This document shows, in pieces, positions 30,782 to 43,687 of a DNA stretch of 51,202 bases. Under the pieces are notes generated by a model. That model saw nothing but the letters and a program-made list of their open reading frames with translations. It was not told where the DNA came from and made no database searches. The stretch comes from Woeseiaceae bacterium. Lineage in GTDB: Bacteria; Pseudomonadota; Gammaproteobacteria; Steroidobacterales; Woeseiaceae. The DNA lies in assembly GCA_041609735.1 (NCBI GenBank), contig JBFIQH010000001.1:1-51202 (forward strand). Direction: 5' to 3'. Position 1 is the stretch's first letter. The number at the start of each line of letters is the position of its first letter. Made by a program: the position numbers and the translations under genes.

Positions 30782-31138
30782 ATGCTGCAAGAATACATTC
30801 CTGTGTTGATTTTTCTTGGCGTTGCAGCCGCGATCGGCGTCGTCCTCCTGGGCCTCGGTTTTCTCATTGGCAACGGCCAGAAAGACGAGGAAAAGCTGTC
30901 GCCTTATGAATGCGGCTTCGAAGCGTTCGACGATTCCCGCATGAAGTTCGACGTCCGCTACTACCTGGTCGCCATCCTGTTCATCATTTTCGATCTCGAG
31001 ATTGCGTTCCTTTTCCCGTGGGCAGTATCGCTCGACACGGTCGGCGTCTTCGGTCTGATCTCGATGGGTATCTTCCTTGCGCTCCTGGTCGTAGGTTTCA
31101 TTTACGAATGGAAGAAAGGTGCACTGGAATGGGATTAG
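30782..31138 (+). CDS. nuoA: NADH-quinone oxidoreductase subunit A
   Basis: 118 aa. [22 protein letters not shown]. Confidence 0.95.
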   Translation: MLQEYIPVLIFLGVAAAIGVVLLGLGFLIGNGQKDEEKLSPYECGFEAFDDSRMKFDVRYYLVAILFIIFDLEIAFLFPWAVSLDTVGVFGLISMGIFLALLVVGFIYEWKKGALEWD

Positions 31139-31659
31139 CGACGACAGCCGATGCGCCGCAGCCCGTGGCCAGGGATGCCGAGCAGGCCGGCAGCAACCTG
31201 CAGGAAAAAGGATTCGTCGTCACCAGTGTCGATGCCGTCATGAACTGGGCGCGCACCGGCTCGCTGTGGCCGATGACGTTCGGGCTCGCCTGCTGCGCCG
31301 TGGAAATGATGCAGGCCGGCGCCTCGCGCTATGACCTCGATCGTTTCGGCATCATTTTTCGCCCGAGCCCGCGGCAGTCGGATTGCATGATCGTCGCCGG
31401 TACGTTGTGCAACAAGATGGCGCCGGCTCTGCGCAAGGTTTACGACCAGATGCCGGAACCTCGCTGGGTCGTCTCGATGGGGTCTTGCGCCAACGGTGGC
31501 GGCTACTATCACTATTCCTATTCCGTCGTTCGCGGGTGCGATCGAATCGTGCCCGTCGATGTGTATGTCCCCGGTTGTCCGCCGACGGCAGAAGCGCTGA
31601 TTTACGGGCTGATACAGCTGCAGAAAAAAATACGCCGTACGAGTACGATTGCCAGGTAA
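31129..31659 (+). CDS. nuoB: NADH-quinone oxidoreductase subunit B
   Basis: Start ATG 31129 within ORF 30910..31659. [25 protein letters not shown] (N2 cluster ligands). Confidence 0.95.
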   Translation: MGLATTADAPQPVARDAEQAGSNLQEKGFVVTSVDAVMNWARTGSLWPMTFGLACCAVEMMQAGASRYDLDRFGIIFRPSPRQSDCMIVAGTLCNKMAPALRKVYDQMPEPRWVVSMGSCANGGGYYHYSYSVVRGCDRIVPVDVYVPGCPPTAEALIYGLIQLQKKIRRTSTIAR

Positions 31660-31671
31660 ATAAAAACGAGA

Positions 31672-32367
31672 ATGACTGATCGTTACGAGACATTGGCGGC
31701 TCGCATAGACGAGCGCTTCGGTGAGCAGGTCACACGCGTCGAATCGACGTGCGGCGAACTGACGTACGAGCTCGATAAGGGTGACCTGATCGAGGTTGCT
31801 TCGGTACTGCGAACTGATTTTGCGTTCGACATGCTGATGGATGTCTGCGGTGTCGACTACCTGACTTACGGTACCGACGAATGGAAAGGTGAGGAAGCCA
31901 CGGACACCGGGTACAGCCGCGGCGTTCAGCGCGAGCCGGTCATACTCGACGAATCCGATGAATTTCCGGCGCGACGTTTCGCCGTCGTGTATCACTTATT
32001 GTCGATCCGCGAAAACCTGCGCATGCGTCTGCGGATTTTCACCGGCACCGAGAACCCACCGATTGTGCGTTCCGTCGTGGACATCTGGAACAGTGCGAAC
32101 TGGTTCGAGCGCGAAGCCTTCGACCTGTTCGGCATCCTGTTTGAGGGCCATCCGGATTTGCGCCGTATCCTTACCGACTATGGCTTCATCGGGCACCCGT
32201 TTCGCAAGGATTTCCCGCTCATCGGCAACGTCGAGGTGCATTACGACGAGGAGAAAGGCCGGGTCGCCTACAAGCCGGTCAGCATCGAGCCACGCACGCT
32301 GGTGCCGCGGGTCATTCGTGAGGACAACCGTTATTCGGCCGATCTGAAGGATCGCCTCGATGGCTGA
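31672..32367 (+). CDS. nuoC: NADH-quinone oxidoreductase subunit C
   Basis: [29 protein letters not shown] (30-kDa subunit signature). Separate from nuoD. Confidence 0.95.
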   Translation: MTDRYETLAARIDERFGEQVTRVESTCGELTYELDKGDLIEVASVLRTDFAFDMLMDVCGVDYLTYGTDEWKGEEATDTGYSRGVQREPVILDESDEFPARRFAVVYHLLSIRENLRMRLRIFTGTENPPIVRSVVDIWNSANWFEREAFDLFGILFEGHPDLRRILTDYGFIGHPFRKDFPLIGNVEVHYDEEKGRVAYKPVSIEPRTLVPRVIREDNRYSADLKDRLDG

Positions 32368-33613
32368 GATTCAGAACTACACGATGAATTTCGGTCCGCA
32401 GCACCCGGCGGCGCATGGTGTCCTGCGCTTAGTGCTCGAGATGGATGGCGAGACGATTCAGAAAGCCGATCCGCACGTCGGGCTACTGCATCGCGCGACA
32501 GAAAAGCTGGCCGAGTCCAAGCCGTTCAGCCAGAGCATCGGCTATATGGACCGTCTCGACTATGTCTCGATGATGTGCAACGAGCACGGTTATGTGCTGG
32601 CGATCGAGAAGCTGCTCGGCATAGAGGTGCCCGAGCGCGCGCAGTACATTCGCGTCATGTTCGACGAGATCACGCGTATCCTGAATCACCTGATGTGGCT
32701 CGGGGCGCATGGCCTCGACATCGGCGCGATGACGATGTTCCTGTATTGCTTCCGCGAGCGCGAGGACCTGATGGACCTCTACGAAGCCGTGTCGGGTACG
32801 CGCATGCACGCGACATACTACCGGCCAGGCGGTGTTTACCGCGATCTGCCGGAGTCGATGCCGAAGTACCAGGAATCGAAATTTCGCAGTGCGAAGGACC
32901 TTGAGCGGCTCAATGCGGCGCGCCAGGGTTCGATGCTGGACTTCATCCAGGACTTCACCGAGCGATTCCCGGCCTGCGTCGACGAATACGAAACGCTGCT
33001 GACCGATAACCGTATCTGGAAGCAGCGCACGGTAAACATTGCCGTCGTGTCGCCCGAGCGTGCCATGCAGCTCGGTTTTTCGGGCCCGATGCTGCGCGGC
33101 TCGGGCGTCGAGTGGGACTTGCGCAAAAAGCAACCATACGAGGTCTACGATCGTCTCGATTTCGACATTCCGGTCGGTGTCAACGGCGACTGCTACGACC
33201 GCTACCTCGTGCGCATCGAGGAGCTGCGGCAGTCGAACCGCATCATTCAGCAGTGCGTTGCCTGGCTGCGTGAAAATCCCGGGCCGGTCATGATCGACGA
33301 CCACAAGATCGTTGCGCCGTCGCGCGTCGAGATGAAAGACGACATGGAATCGCTGATTCATCACTTCAAGTTGTTCACCGAAGGCTACAGCGTGCCCGCG
33401 GGCGAGGCCTATGCCGCCGTAGAACATCCGAAGGGCGAATTCGGCGTCTACCTGATTTCTGACGGTGCGAACAAGCCGTATCGCGTCAAGATCCGCGCAC
33501 CGGGTTTCGCGCATTTGTCGGCAATGGCCGAGATGGTCGAAGGACACATGCTCGCCGACGTGGTTGCCGTGATAGGCACCCAGGACATTGTGTTCGGTGA
33601 GGTAGACCGATGA
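32360..33613 (+). CDS. nuoD: NADH-quinone oxidoreductase subunit D
   Basis: [26 protein letters not shown]. Confidence 0.97.
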   Translation: MAEIQNYTMNFGPQHPAAHGVLRLVLEMDGETIQKADPHVGLLHRATEKLAESKPFSQSIGYMDRLDYVSMMCNEHGYVLAIEKLLGIEVPERAQYIRVMFDEITRILNHLMWLGAHGLDIGAMTMFLYCFREREDLMDLYEAVSGTRMHATYYRPGGVYRDLPESMPKYQESKFRSAKDLERLNAARQGSMLDFIQDFTERFPACVDEYETLLTDNRIWKQRTVNIAVVSPERAMQLGFSGPMLRGSGVEWDLRKKQPYEVYDRLDFDIPVGVNGDCYDRYLVRIEELRQSNRIIQQCVAWLRENPGPVMIDDHKIVAPSRVEMKDDMESLIHHFKLFTEGYSVPAGEAYAAVEHPKGEFGVYLISDGANKPYRVKIRAPGFAHLSAMAEMVEGHMLADVVAVIGTQDIVFGEVDR

Positions 33614-33655
33614 ATCGATTGCACCGTCAGCAATCTGTGCTTCGGAGCCCTGTCG

Positions 33656-34146
33656 ATGAGTGAAGCCGTGCAATTGTCGGATCACGTCAAGGACGAGATC
33701 GAGCACTGGAAGGCGCGCTTTCCGGAGGATCGCAAGCGTTCGGCCGTCATCGGCGCGCTGCACGCAGTGCAGCACGAGATTGGCGGCTACCTGACCGCGG
33801 AACACATGAACGCCGTTGCCGAGTATCTCGAATTGCCGACCATCCAGGTGTACGAGGTTGCGACGTTCTATTCGATGTTCCAGACCAAGCCGGTCGGGCG
33901 GCACAACGTCGCGATTTGCACCAATGTGTCGTGCATGCTGCGCGGCGCCGACGACATCGTCGAGCACGTGCAGAAAAAGCTCGGCATCAAGCTGGGAGAG
34001 AGCACCGAGGACGGGCGCATCTACCTGAAGAAGGAAGAGGAATGCCTGGCGGCGTGCTGTGGCGCGCCGATGATGATGGTCGACCACAAGTACCACGAGA
34101 ACCTGACGAAAGAACGCGTTGACGAAATACTGGACGAGCTGGACTG

Positions 34147-34147
<1 letters not shown>
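33656..34147 (+). CDS. nuoE: NADH-quinone oxidoreductase subunit E
   Basis: [11 protein letters not shown] and [14 protein letters not shown] (2Fe-2S ligands). Confidence 0.95.
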
Positions 34148-35451
<1,304 letters not shown>

Positions 35452-35456
35452 CGACG

Positions 35457-37619
35457 ATGAGTGACGATACGGTAAACATCGAGGTCGACGGCAAGCCGGT
35501 CGAGGCGAAGAAAGGCGAAATGGTCATCCAGGTGACCGATCGCCTCGGCACCTATATCCCGCGCTTCTGCTATCACGCAAAGCTGTCTATCGCCGCCAAC
35601 TGCCGCATGTGTCTCGTCGAGGTGGAAAAAGCGCCGAAGCCCTTGCCCGCGTGCGCGACGCCGGTCGGCGAGGGGATGAAGGTCTTCACGCGCTCGACCA
35701 AGGCGATCGCGGCGCAGAAAGCGACGATGGAATTCCTGCTCATCAATCACCCGCTCGATTGCCCGATCTGTGACCAGGGCGGCGAGTGCGAGCTGCAGGA
35801 CCTCGCAATGGGCTACGGGCGTGACGTTTCTCGCTATAACGACGGCAAGCGCGTCGTCAAGGACAAGGATATCGGCCCGCTCGTCTCCACGGACATGACG
35901 CGCTGCATTCACTGTACGCGCTGCGTGAGGTTCGGCGAGGAAATTACCGGCATGCCGGAGCTCGGCACGACCGATCGCGGCGAGAACATGAAAATCGGCA
36001 CTTACATTGAGAAGAGTGTCGACCACGAGCTTTCGGCAAACATCATTGACCTGTGCCCGGTTGGCGCCTTGAACAACAAACCGTATCGCTACAGCGCCCG
36101 CGCATGGGAGATGCTGCAGCGGGCGACCGTGTCGCCGCACGACTGTGTCGGGTCGAACCTCTATGCACACACGCTGCGAGGCACGATCAAGCGCATCGTT
36201 CCGAGAGAGAACGAAAGCATCAACGAAACCTGGATATCGGATCGCGATCGATTCAGCTACCAGGGTGTCTACTCACCAGACCGTCTGAAAAGGCCTCGCA
36301 TCAAGGAGTCCGGCAACTGGCGCGAGCTCGACTGGGAGGAGGCGCTCGCGAAAGCGGCGGAAACGCTCAAGGACGCCGACGCCGACAAGATCGGCATGCT
36401 CGCGTCTCCGAGCGCGACGATCGAGGAGGCGCACCTGCTCGCACGGCTGGCCGATCATCTCGGCACCAGTAACGTCGACCATCGAATTGCCCGGCGCGAC
36501 TTCAGCGACCAGGCGGCTGACCCGGTGTACCCTTGGCTTGGCTGCGACATCGCCGACATCGAAGAACAGGACTCGATCTTCGTCGTGGGCTCGAACCTGC
36601 GGCGCGAGGCACCGATCCTTGCGCATCGCGTGCGCAAAGCCGCGCTGGCCGGCGCCGCCGTCAGCTTTGCGAACAGCCGCGAACACGAGTATCACTTCAG
36701 AATCGCGAACAGCCTGTCCGGTGCCGGCCTGGTCGAGTTGCTTGCCGGCGTCGCGGTCGCCGCCGGGGTCGAATCCAAAGCGGTCGCAGACCTTTGCAAG
36801 GGCGTTACGGCGAACGCTGAGCAGCGAGCGATCGCGAAGTCGCTTGGCGACGCCGACGACGCATTGCTGTTACTCGGCAACGTCGCCGGCCGCCATCGCG
36901 CATTTTCGGCCGTCCGCGCACTGTCGGCAGCAATTGCCGCGGCAACGGGCGCGAAGATCGGTTACATCTCTGAAGGCGCAAATTCCGCAGGTGCACACCT
37001 CGCGGGTCTGTTGCCGCACCGGTCGACAGCTGGGAAGCCGCGCAAGAAGGAAGGACTCAATGCGGCGAACATGCTCGAGCAATCGCTGGATGCCGTCGTG
37101 CTGCTCAATATTGAACCGGATGCCGACATCCATGCGACCGAAGATGCCGTTCAGAAGCTGTCGAGGCAAACGTTTGTTATTGCGTTGACGCCGTTCGTTT
37201 CCGATGCGTTGCTGGAAGCGGCGGACCTGCTGTTGCCGGTTGGTACGTTCGCAGAAACGTCCGGAACCTACGTCAATGTCGCCGGTACCTGGCAAAGTTT
37301 CGCCGGCGTCGCGAACCCGCTCGGCGAGTCGCGGCCTGCCTGGAAAGTGCTGCGTGTGATCGGCAATCTCGTCGATGCGGATGGCTTCGATTACGTGTCC
37401 AGCGAAGACGTGCGTGACGAGATTCACGAAATTGCTGCCGGTACGCAGCCGACGAATGACTACACGCCAAAAGGCAAGATCGCCGCGCCGAACGGGGCCG
37501 ATTCGCCGGCGGCGGACATCGACATTCCGCTCTACTCGGTGGACCCGGTCGTACGGCGCGCAGAAGCATTGCAGCTGACGCCGGAGGCCCGGCGTTCCCG
37601 GGAGGATAAAGGCGCGTGA
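35457..37619 (+). CDS. nuoG: NADH-quinone oxidoreductase subunit G
   Basis: [52 protein letters not shown]. Confidence 0.96.
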   Translation: MSDDTVNIEVDGKPVEAKKGEMVIQVTDRLGTYIPRFCYHAKLSIAANCRMCLVEVEKAPKPLPACATPVGEGMKVFTRSTKAIAAQKATMEFLLINHPLDCPICDQGGECELQDLAMGYGRDVSRYNDGKRVVKDKDIGPLVSTDMTRCIHCTRCVRFGEEITGMPELGTTDRGENMKIGTYIEKSVDHELSANIIDLCPVGALNNKPYRYSARAWEMLQRATVSPHDCVGSNLYAHTLRGTIKRIVPRENESINETWISDRDRFSYQGVYSPDRLKRPRIKESGNWRELDWEEALAKAAETLKDADADKIGMLASPSATIEEAHLLARLADHLGTSNVDHRIARRDFSDQAADPVYPWLGCDIADIEEQDSIFVVGSNLRREAPILAHRVRKAALAGAAVSFANSREHEYHFRIANSLSGAGLVELLAGVAVAAGVESKAVADLCKGVTANAEQRAIAKSLGDADDALLLLGNVAGRHRAFSAVRALSAAIAAATGAKIGYISEGANSAGAHLAGLLPHRSTAGKPRKKEGLNAANMLEQSLDAVVLLNIEPDADIHATEDAVQKLSRQTFVIALTPFVSDALLEAADLLLPVGTFAETSGTYVNVAGTWQSFAGVANPLGESRPAWKVLRVIGNLVDADGFDYVSSEDVRDEIHEIAAGTQPTNDYTPKGKIAAPNGADSPAADIDIPLYSVDPVVRRAEALQLTPEARRSREDKGA

Positions 37620-38707
37620 AGGCCGTGGTTCCCGACTTTCTGCTGAATTTCTGGGCGTCGTTCCCGCCGCTGCTGCAATACCTGATCAGCACGACGACGG
37701 CAATTCTCGTCGTCACCATCAGCGTGATCCTGGTTGTCGCGTTTTCGACCTACTTCGAGCGCAAGGTCATCGGCAGTATGCAGGCACGCGTGGGACCGAA
37801 CCGCGTCGGCCCGCTGGGACTCGGTCAGCCGTTCGCCGACGTCATCAAGCTCCTGATCAAGGAGATCATTGTCCCGTCGCAGTCGAACAAGTTTCTGTTC
37901 GTCATTGCGCCGCTCCTGTCGCTGATTCCCGCGCTCGCAACCTGGGCCGTCATGCCGCTGCATCCGGGCTTCGTCATTGCGGACATCAACGCCGGCCTCT
38001 TGTATGTGCTGGCGCTGACCTCGGTCGGCGTCTACGGAGTTATCCTTGCGGGTTGGGCAACCAACTCCAAGTACGCGTTCCTTGGCGCGATGCGCTCGGC
38101 CGCGCAAATCGTCGCCTACGAGATAGCGATGGGCTTCGCGCTGGTCGGCGTATTGATGGCGGGCGGCAGCCTGAACCTCGGTGTCATTGTTGCCGGACAG
38201 GAAGGCGGATTTTCGAACTGGTTCCTGATTCCGCTGTTTCCGCTGTTCATCGTTTACTGGATCTCGGGCGTTGCCGAGACGAACCGCGCACCGTTCGATG
38301 TCGCCGAGGGCGAATCCGAGATTGTTGCCGGCTTCCATGTCGAGTATTCCGGCGTCGCATTTGCGCTTTTCTTCCTCGCCGAATACGCGAACATGGTGCT
38401 GATATCCGGGCTAACCGCGATCTTTTTCCTTGGTGGCTGGGCATCGCCGTTCGAGGGCTGGACCTTCCTGCAGGGTATCCCGGTTCTGGAGACGTTGACC
38501 AAGCCGGGATTGCCATGGCTGTTCGCGAAGATCTGCTTTTTCATGTATTCGTTCTTCTGGTTCCGCGCGACGTTTCCGCGCTACCGCTACGACCAGATCA
38601 TGCGGTTGGGCTGGAAGGTATTCATCCCGGTAACGATTGTCTGGATTGCCGTCGAGGGCGTCATGGCCTGGCTCCGGATCGGACCGTGGGAGACCCTGGG
38701 CGCCTAG
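37616..38707 (+). CDS. nuoH: NADH-quinone oxidoreductase subunit H
   Basis: GTG start overlapping the nuoG stop. [44 protein letters not shown]. Confidence 0.96.
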   Translation: MKAVVPDFLLNFWASFPPLLQYLISTTTAILVVTISVILVVAFSTYFERKVIGSMQARVGPNRVGPLGLGQPFADVIKLLIKEIIVPSQSNKFLFVIAPLLSLIPALATWAVMPLHPGFVIADINAGLLYVLALTSVGVYGVILAGWATNSKYAFLGAMRSAAQIVAYEIAMGFALVGVLMAGGSLNLGVIVAGQEGGFSNWFLIPLFPLFIVYWISGVAETNRAPFDVAEGESEIVAGFHVEYSGVAFALFFLAEYANMVLISGLTAIFFLGGWASPFEGWTFLQGIPVLETLTKPGLPWLFAKICFFMYSFFWFRATFPRYRYDQIMRLGWKVFIPVTIVWIAVEGVMAWLRIGPWETLGA

Positions 38708-38727
38708 TGGCCCGGGAAGGCTGAATT

Positions 38728-39216
38728 ATGAATCGTGCAATCAGTTATCTTAAAACGTTCGCGCTGTGGGAGTTGCTGAAGGGCCTGTCGGTGACGTCGC
38801 GCAACTTCTTCAAAAAGAGCGTGACGATCGAGTACCCGGAGGAGAAGACGCCGCAGTCGCATCGCTTCCGCGGCCTGCATGCCTTGCGGCGCTACCCGAA
38901 CGGCGAAGAGCGCTGCATCGCCTGCAAGCTCTGCGAAGCCGTTTGCCCGGCGCTCGCGATTACGATCGAATCGGACGTTGCCGACGACGGCACCCGCCGG
39001 ACCACGCGCTACGACATCGACCTGTTCAAATGCATTTACTGTGGTTTCTGTGAGGAAGCCTGCCCGGTCGATGCAATTGTCGAGACGCGCATCCACGAGT
39101 ACCACATGGAGGCACCCGGCCAGAACATCATGACGAAAGACAAATTGCTGGCCGTCGGCGACAAGTACGAGGCCATGATCGCCGCCGACAAGGCGGCAGA
39201 CGCGGCGTACAAGTAG
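38728..39216 (+). CDS. nuoI: NADH-quinone oxidoreductase subunit I
   Basis: Two 4Fe-4S motifs, [12 protein letters not shown] and [12 protein letters not shown]. Confidence 0.97.
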   Translation: MNRAISYLKTFALWELLKGLSVTSRNFFKKSVTIEYPEEKTPQSHRFRGLHALRRYPNGEERCIACKLCEAVCPALAITIESDVADDGTRRTTRYDIDLFKCIYCGFCEEACPVDAIVETRIHEYHMEAPGQNIMTKDKLLAVGDKYEAMIAADKAADAAYK

Positions 39217-39224
39217 GGATCGAG

Positions 39225-39830
39225 ATGCTGTTCCAGTCCATACTTTTTTACGTTTTCTCGCTGGTGCTGTTCGGCGCCGCGCTCGGTGTCGTGTTCGCGC
39301 GCAACCCGGTGCATTCGGTCATGTTCCTCGTGCTGACGTTTTTCCAGAGTGCGATGCTGTGGCTGATGGCAGAAGCGGAGTTTCTCGCGATCGTGCTGGT
39401 GCTCGTTTACGTCGGCGCCGTCATGGTGTTGTTCCTGTTCGTCATCATGATGCTCGAGGTTGAGATCGAAGCGGTCAAGGCGGGCCTCGTCCGCTATGCG
39501 CCGCTCGCGATCGTCATTTCCCTGTTAATGGCGTTCGAACTCATCCAGCTTATCTGGTTGCGCGGCCCCGAAGGTCAGTTTGGTACTGCATTCGTGCCCA
39601 ACCCGGAGAACTACGACAACACGAAGGCGCTGGGGGCGGTGCTGTACACCGAACATGTCTACGCGTTTGAAATAGCCGCCGTCGTGCTGCTGCTGGCTAT
39701 CGTTGCGGCCATTACGCTGACGATGCGCAAGCGCCCGGGCCTCAAGGTACAGGACATTGCCAAGCAGGTCGCGGTGCGCGCCAAGGATCGCGTGCGCCTC
39801 GTCAAGATGGATGCGGAGAAGAAACAGTGA
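39225..39830 (+). CDS. nuoJ: NADH-quinone oxidoreductase subunit J
   Basis: 201-aa hydrophobic protein at the nuoJ position. [31 protein letters not shown]. Confidence 0.93.
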   Translation: MLFQSILFYVFSLVLFGAALGVVFARNPVHSVMFLVLTFFQSAMLWLMAEAEFLAIVLVLVYVGAVMVLFLFVIMMLEVEIEAVKAGLVRYAPLAIVISLLMAFELIQLIWLRGPEGQFGTAFVPNPENYDNTKALGAVLYTEHVYAFEIAAVVLLLAIVAAITLTMRKRPGLKVQDIAKQVAVRAKDRVRLVKMDAEKKQ

Positions 39831-40132
39831 TCGGCCTGCAGCACTACCTGACGCTGTCCGCAATGCTGTTCGTGCTGAGCATCGCCGGGATCATCATCAA
39901 CCGTCGCAACCTGATTCTGCTCCTGATGTGTATCGAGCTGATGCTGCTGGCGGTCAACTTCAACTTTATCGCGTTCTCGCGCTACCTCGGCGACGAGACC
40001 GGGCAGGTGTTCGTGTTCTTTATTCTAACCGTTGCAGCTGCCGAGGCAGCGATCGGCCTCGCGATACTTGTCGTCCTGTTCCGCAACCGGCGTTCGATCA
40101 ACGTTCAAGAACTGAACACGATGAAAGGGTAG
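39827..40132 (+). CDS. nuoK: NADH-quinone oxidoreductase subunit K
   Basis: GTG start overlapping the nuoJ stop. [33 protein letters not shown]. Confidence 0.95.
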   Translation: MIGLQHYLTLSAMLFVLSIAGIIINRRNLILLLMCIELMLLAVNFNFIAFSRYLGDETGQVFVFFILTVAAAEAAIGLAILVVLFRNRRSINVQELNTMKG

Positions 40133-40181
40133 TCATGGCGCGACGTTCTGACAAACCTGGTGAGGCGAGGCGATACTGAGC

Positions 40182-42149
40182 ATGTACAACTTTTACCTCG
40201 TCATCGTTCTCGCACCGCTACTTGCCGCGATCGTGGCCGGCCTGTTCGGCCGGCAAATCGGCCGCTCCGGGGCACACACGGTCACGATTTTCGGTGTCGG
40301 TATTTCAACGGTGCTGTCGTTCTACGTGCTGTACCAGATGGTCTGGGGCGGCGCCACGTCGGAAAACATCAGCGTCTACACCTGGGCCGTGACCGACGGC
40401 CTGCACATGGAGGTCGGCTTCCTCGTTGACCGACTGACGGCGCTGATGATGGCCGTGGTGACGTTCGTCTCGCTGATGGTGCACGTTTACACAATCGGGT
40501 ACATGCACGAGGATCCGGGTTACCAGCGCTTCTTCAGCTACATCTCGCTGTTCACGTTCTCGATGCTGATGCTGGTCATGTCGAATAACTTCCTGCAGCT
40601 GTTCTTCGGTTGGGAAGCGGTCGGCCTGGTTTCGTACTTGCTGATCGGCTTCTGGTTCAAGCGCGAAACGGCCATCTTCGCGAACCTGAAGGCGTTCCTC
40701 GTCAATCGCGTCGGCGACTTCGGCTTCATCCTCGGCATCGCCGGCATCGTGCTGTTCACGAATTCGCTGGACTATGCCGAAGTGTTTTCACAGGCGGATT
40801 CGATCGCAAACCAGAGCATCAGCGTCATCGGTTCGCCGTGGAACGCGATGACGGTCATCTGCATCCTGTTGTTCATCGGTGCCATGGGCAAGTCCGCGCA
40901 GGCGCCGCTGCACGTCTGGCTGCCGGATTCGATGGAAGGCCCGACGCCGATCTCGGCACTGATCCATGCTGCAACGATGGTCACCGCCGGCATCTTCATG
41001 GTGGCACGCATGTCGCCGCTGTTCGAACTGAGCATCTCGGCACTGGCCGTCGTTATCGTCATCGGCGCAATCACGGCGTTCTTCATGGGGCTGCTCGGCA
41101 TTGTGCAAAACGACATAAAGCGCGTCGTTGCCTATTCGACCTTGTCACAGCTCGGCTATATGACCGTCGCGCTCGGCGCGTCGGCCTACAGCGCGGCGAT
41201 CTTCCACTTGATGACGCACGCATTCTTCAAGGCGCTGCTGTTCCTGGCCGCAGGCTCGGTCATTATCGCGATGCACCACGAGCAGGACATCCGCAAGATG
41301 GGCGGCATTCGCAAGTACATGCCAATCACCTACTGGACGTCGCTGATCGGGTCGCTGGCCCTGATCGGCTTTCCGGGCTCGGCCGGCTTTTTCTCGAAGG
41401 ACCTGCTGATCGAGGCGGTGGCGCATTCGCACTGGCGCGAGACGGACGCGCTGGTCTACTGGATTGCGTACCTGAGCGTCCTTCTCGGCGTGTTCGTAAC
41501 GGCGCTGTACTCGTTCCGGATGTTTTTCCTCGTATTCCACGGCAAGGAGCGCATGGATGCGGAGACCCGTTCGCACCTGCATGAGACGCCGTGGGTCGTT
41601 ACTGTGCCGCTGGTCCTGCTGGCGATCCCGTCGGCCGTCATAGGCTGGTATACGGTGTCGCCGGTGTTGTTCGGCGACTATTTCGGTGTGGCGATCGCTG
41701 TCGATTCGACGCGCGATGTGCTGGCCGACATGGGCAGGGACTGGCATGGCAGCCTCGGCCTCGTGACCCATGCCATCGTGACGCCCGTCTTCTGGCTGGC
41801 CTTCGCGGGCGTCCTGACCGCCTGGTTCCTGTACCTGAAGCGGCCCGACATCCCCGACGAGATACAAAAGAAGGTATCCGGGCTCTACAACCTGCTCGAC
41901 CGCAAGTACTACTTCGATGACCTGTGGATCAAGGGTTTCGGCGGGGGCGGGCGCCGGCTCGGCAGCTTCCTGTGGCACAAGGGCGACGAGCTGGTCATCG
42001 ACGGCGCGATCGTCAACGGCACGGCTAATTCTGTGGCGCGGCTCGCCGCCGTCATGCGCCACCTGCAGACCGGCTACCTCTACACCTATGCCTTCGCAAT
42101 GATCATCGGCCTGACCGTTTTGCTCGGCTGGCTGATCTGGCTGGATTAG
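40182..42149 (+). CDS. nuoL: NADH-quinone oxidoreductase subunit L
   Basis: FFGWEAVGLVSYLLIGFWF, GKSAQAPLHVWLPDSMEGPTPISALIHAATMV. Confidence 0.97.
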   Translation: MYNFYLVIVLAPLLAAIVAGLFGRQIGRSGAHTVTIFGVGISTVLSFYVLYQMVWGGATSENISVYTWAVTDGLHMEVGFLVDRLTALMMAVVTFVSLMVHVYTIGYMHEDPGYQRFFSYISLFTFSMLMLVMSNNFLQLFFGWEAVGLVSYLLIGFWFKRETAIFANLKAFLVNRVGDFGFILGIAGIVLFTNSLDYAEVFSQADSIANQSISVIGSPWNAMTVICILLFIGAMGKSAQAPLHVWLPDSMEGPTPISALIHAATMVTAGIFMVARMSPLFELSISALAVVIVIGAITAFFMGLLGIVQNDIKRVVAYSTLSQLGYMTVALGASAYSAAIFHLMTHAFFKALLFLAAGSVIIAMHHEQDIRKMGGIRKYMPITYWTSLIGSLALIGFPGSAGFFSKDLLIEAVAHSHWRETDALVYWIAYLSVLLGVFVTALYSFRMFFLVFHGKERMDAETRSHLHETPWVVTVPLVLLAIPSAVIGWYTVSPVLFGDYFGVAIAVDSTRDVLADMGRDWHGSLGLVTHAIVTPVFWLAFAGVLTAWFLYLKRPDIPDEIQKKVSGLYNLLDRKYYFDDLWIKGFGGGGRRLGSFLWHKGDELVIDGAIVNGTANSVARLAAVMRHLQTGYLYTYAFAMIIGLTVLLGWLIWLD

Positions 42150-42155
42150 GCGACG

Positions 42156-43676
42156 ATGGGTCTGTCAACGCACCTTCTTTCGATACTGATCTGGCTGCCG
42201 GTCGTCGGCGGCCTGGCGGTGCTCGCCATCGGCGACGAGGGCGATGCGGCGTCGGCGCGTGCCGGCGCGATGCGCATGACGACGCTGGTCACGTCGTTGC
42301 TGACGCTGGCGCTGTCGATCCTGCTTTATCAGCGCTTCGACGCGGCAGCTACGACGATGCAGTTCGTCGAACGCTTTCCCTGGGTCGACGCCCTCGACGC
42401 CTGGTATTACCTCGGCGTCGACGGAATTTCGGTACCGCTGATACTGCTGACGGCCTTCATCACGCCGCTCGTCGTCATCGCCGGCTGGGACAGCATTCGC
42501 ACCCGACCGGCGCAGTACTTTGCCGCGTTCCTGATCCTCGAGGGCCTGATGATCGGCGTCTTCAGCGCGCTCGACGGCCTGCTGTTCTACGTCTTCTGGG
42601 AATTCATGCTGGTGCCGATGTTCCTGATCATCGGCGTCTGGGGTGGGGACCGGCGCATATACGCAACCCTGAAGTTCTTCCTGTACACGTTCCTCGGCTC
42701 CGTGCTGATGCTGGTGGCGTTCATCTACCTGTACCTGCAGACCGGCAGTTACGACCTCATTGGCTGGATGGACGCGCCACTCGGCATGACGGCCCAGAAG
42801 CTGATCTTCATTGCGTTCCTGCTGGCGTTTGCCGTCAAAGTGCCGATGTGGCCCGTACACACGTGGCTGCCCGATGCGCACGTGGAGGCCCCGACCGGCG
42901 GTTCCGTTATTCTGGCCGCGATCATGCTGAAGATGGGCGGCTACGGATTCATCCGCCTGTCTTTGCCGATCGTGCCCGACGGCAGCGAGTACTTCGCCGG
43001 CCTGATGATCGCGCTGTCGCTGATCGCCGTCGTCTACATCGGCCTCGTCGCGCTGATGCAAAAGGACATGAAGAAGCTGATCGCGTACTCGTCCATTGCC
43101 CACATGGGCTTCGTGACGCTGGGCTTTTTCCTGCTGTACGAGATCGACGGCCCGACCGGCGCCGTGCTCGGCCTGTCCGGCGGCATGGTACAAATGGTGT
43201 CGCACGGCCTGATCTCCGGCGCAATGTTCCTGTGCGTCGGCGTGCTGTATGACCGTGTGCACAGCCGTATGATCGCCAGTTACGGCGGCGTCGCCAACAC
43301 GATGCCGACCTACGCGGCGTTCTTCGTATTGTTCGCGATGGCCAATGCGGGGTTACCCGGCACCTCCGGCTTCGTCGGTGAGTTCATGGTCATCATCGCG
43401 AGCTTCAAGGCGAATTTCTGGTTTGCGTTCTTAGCTGCGACGACCCTGGTCCTCGGTGCCGCGTACACGCTGTGGATGGTCAAGCGCGTCATCTATGGCG
43501 ACATCGCCAATGACGACGTGGCAGAACTCAGTGACCTGAATCGCCGCGAGTTTATTGTTCTCGGCATCCTGGCGCTGTCCGTGCTGTTGGTCGGGCTGTG
43601 GCCGGCGCCTCTGGTCGACATGATGAACGTCACGATTGAACAACTGGTTGAGAGGGTAGGGCTTTCGAAGCTCTGA
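42156..43676 (+). CDS. nuoM: NADH-quinone oxidoreductase subunit M
   Basis: VKVPMWPVHTWLPDAHVEAPTGGSVILA. Confidence 0.97.
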   Translation: MGLSTHLLSILIWLPVVGGLAVLAIGDEGDAASARAGAMRMTTLVTSLLTLALSILLYQRFDAAATTMQFVERFPWVDALDAWYYLGVDGISVPLILLTAFITPLVVIAGWDSIRTRPAQYFAAFLILEGLMIGVFSALDGLLFYVFWEFMLVPMFLIIGVWGGDRRIYATLKFFLYTFLGSVLMLVAFIYLYLQTGSYDLIGWMDAPLGMTAQKLIFIAFLLAFAVKVPMWPVHTWLPDAHVEAPTGGSVILAAIMLKMGGYGFIRLSLPIVPDGSEYFAGLMIALSLIAVVYIGLVALMQKDMKKLIAYSSIAHMGFVTLGFFLLYEIDGPTGAVLGLSGGMVQMVSHGLISGAMFLCVGVLYDRVHSRMIASYGGVANTMPTYAAFFVLFAMANAGLPGTSGFVGEFMVIIASFKANFWFAFLAATTLVLGAAYTLWMVKRVIYGDIANDDVAELSDLNRREFIVLGILALSVLLVGLWPAPLVDMMNVTIEQLVERVGLSKL

Positions 43677-43687
43677 CGGATTCCACT

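Noticed and set aside
30910-31128. N-terminal extension of the nuoB ORF overlapping nuoA
   Set aside because: It is an alternative frame inside nuoA. NuoB homology starts near ATG 31129.
41145-43262. 305-aa and 365-aa ORFs antisense to nuoL and nuoM
   Set aside because: They lie opposite clearly recognisable membrane-subunit genes. The translations are highly charged (Arg/Asp/His/Gln) and not membrane-like.
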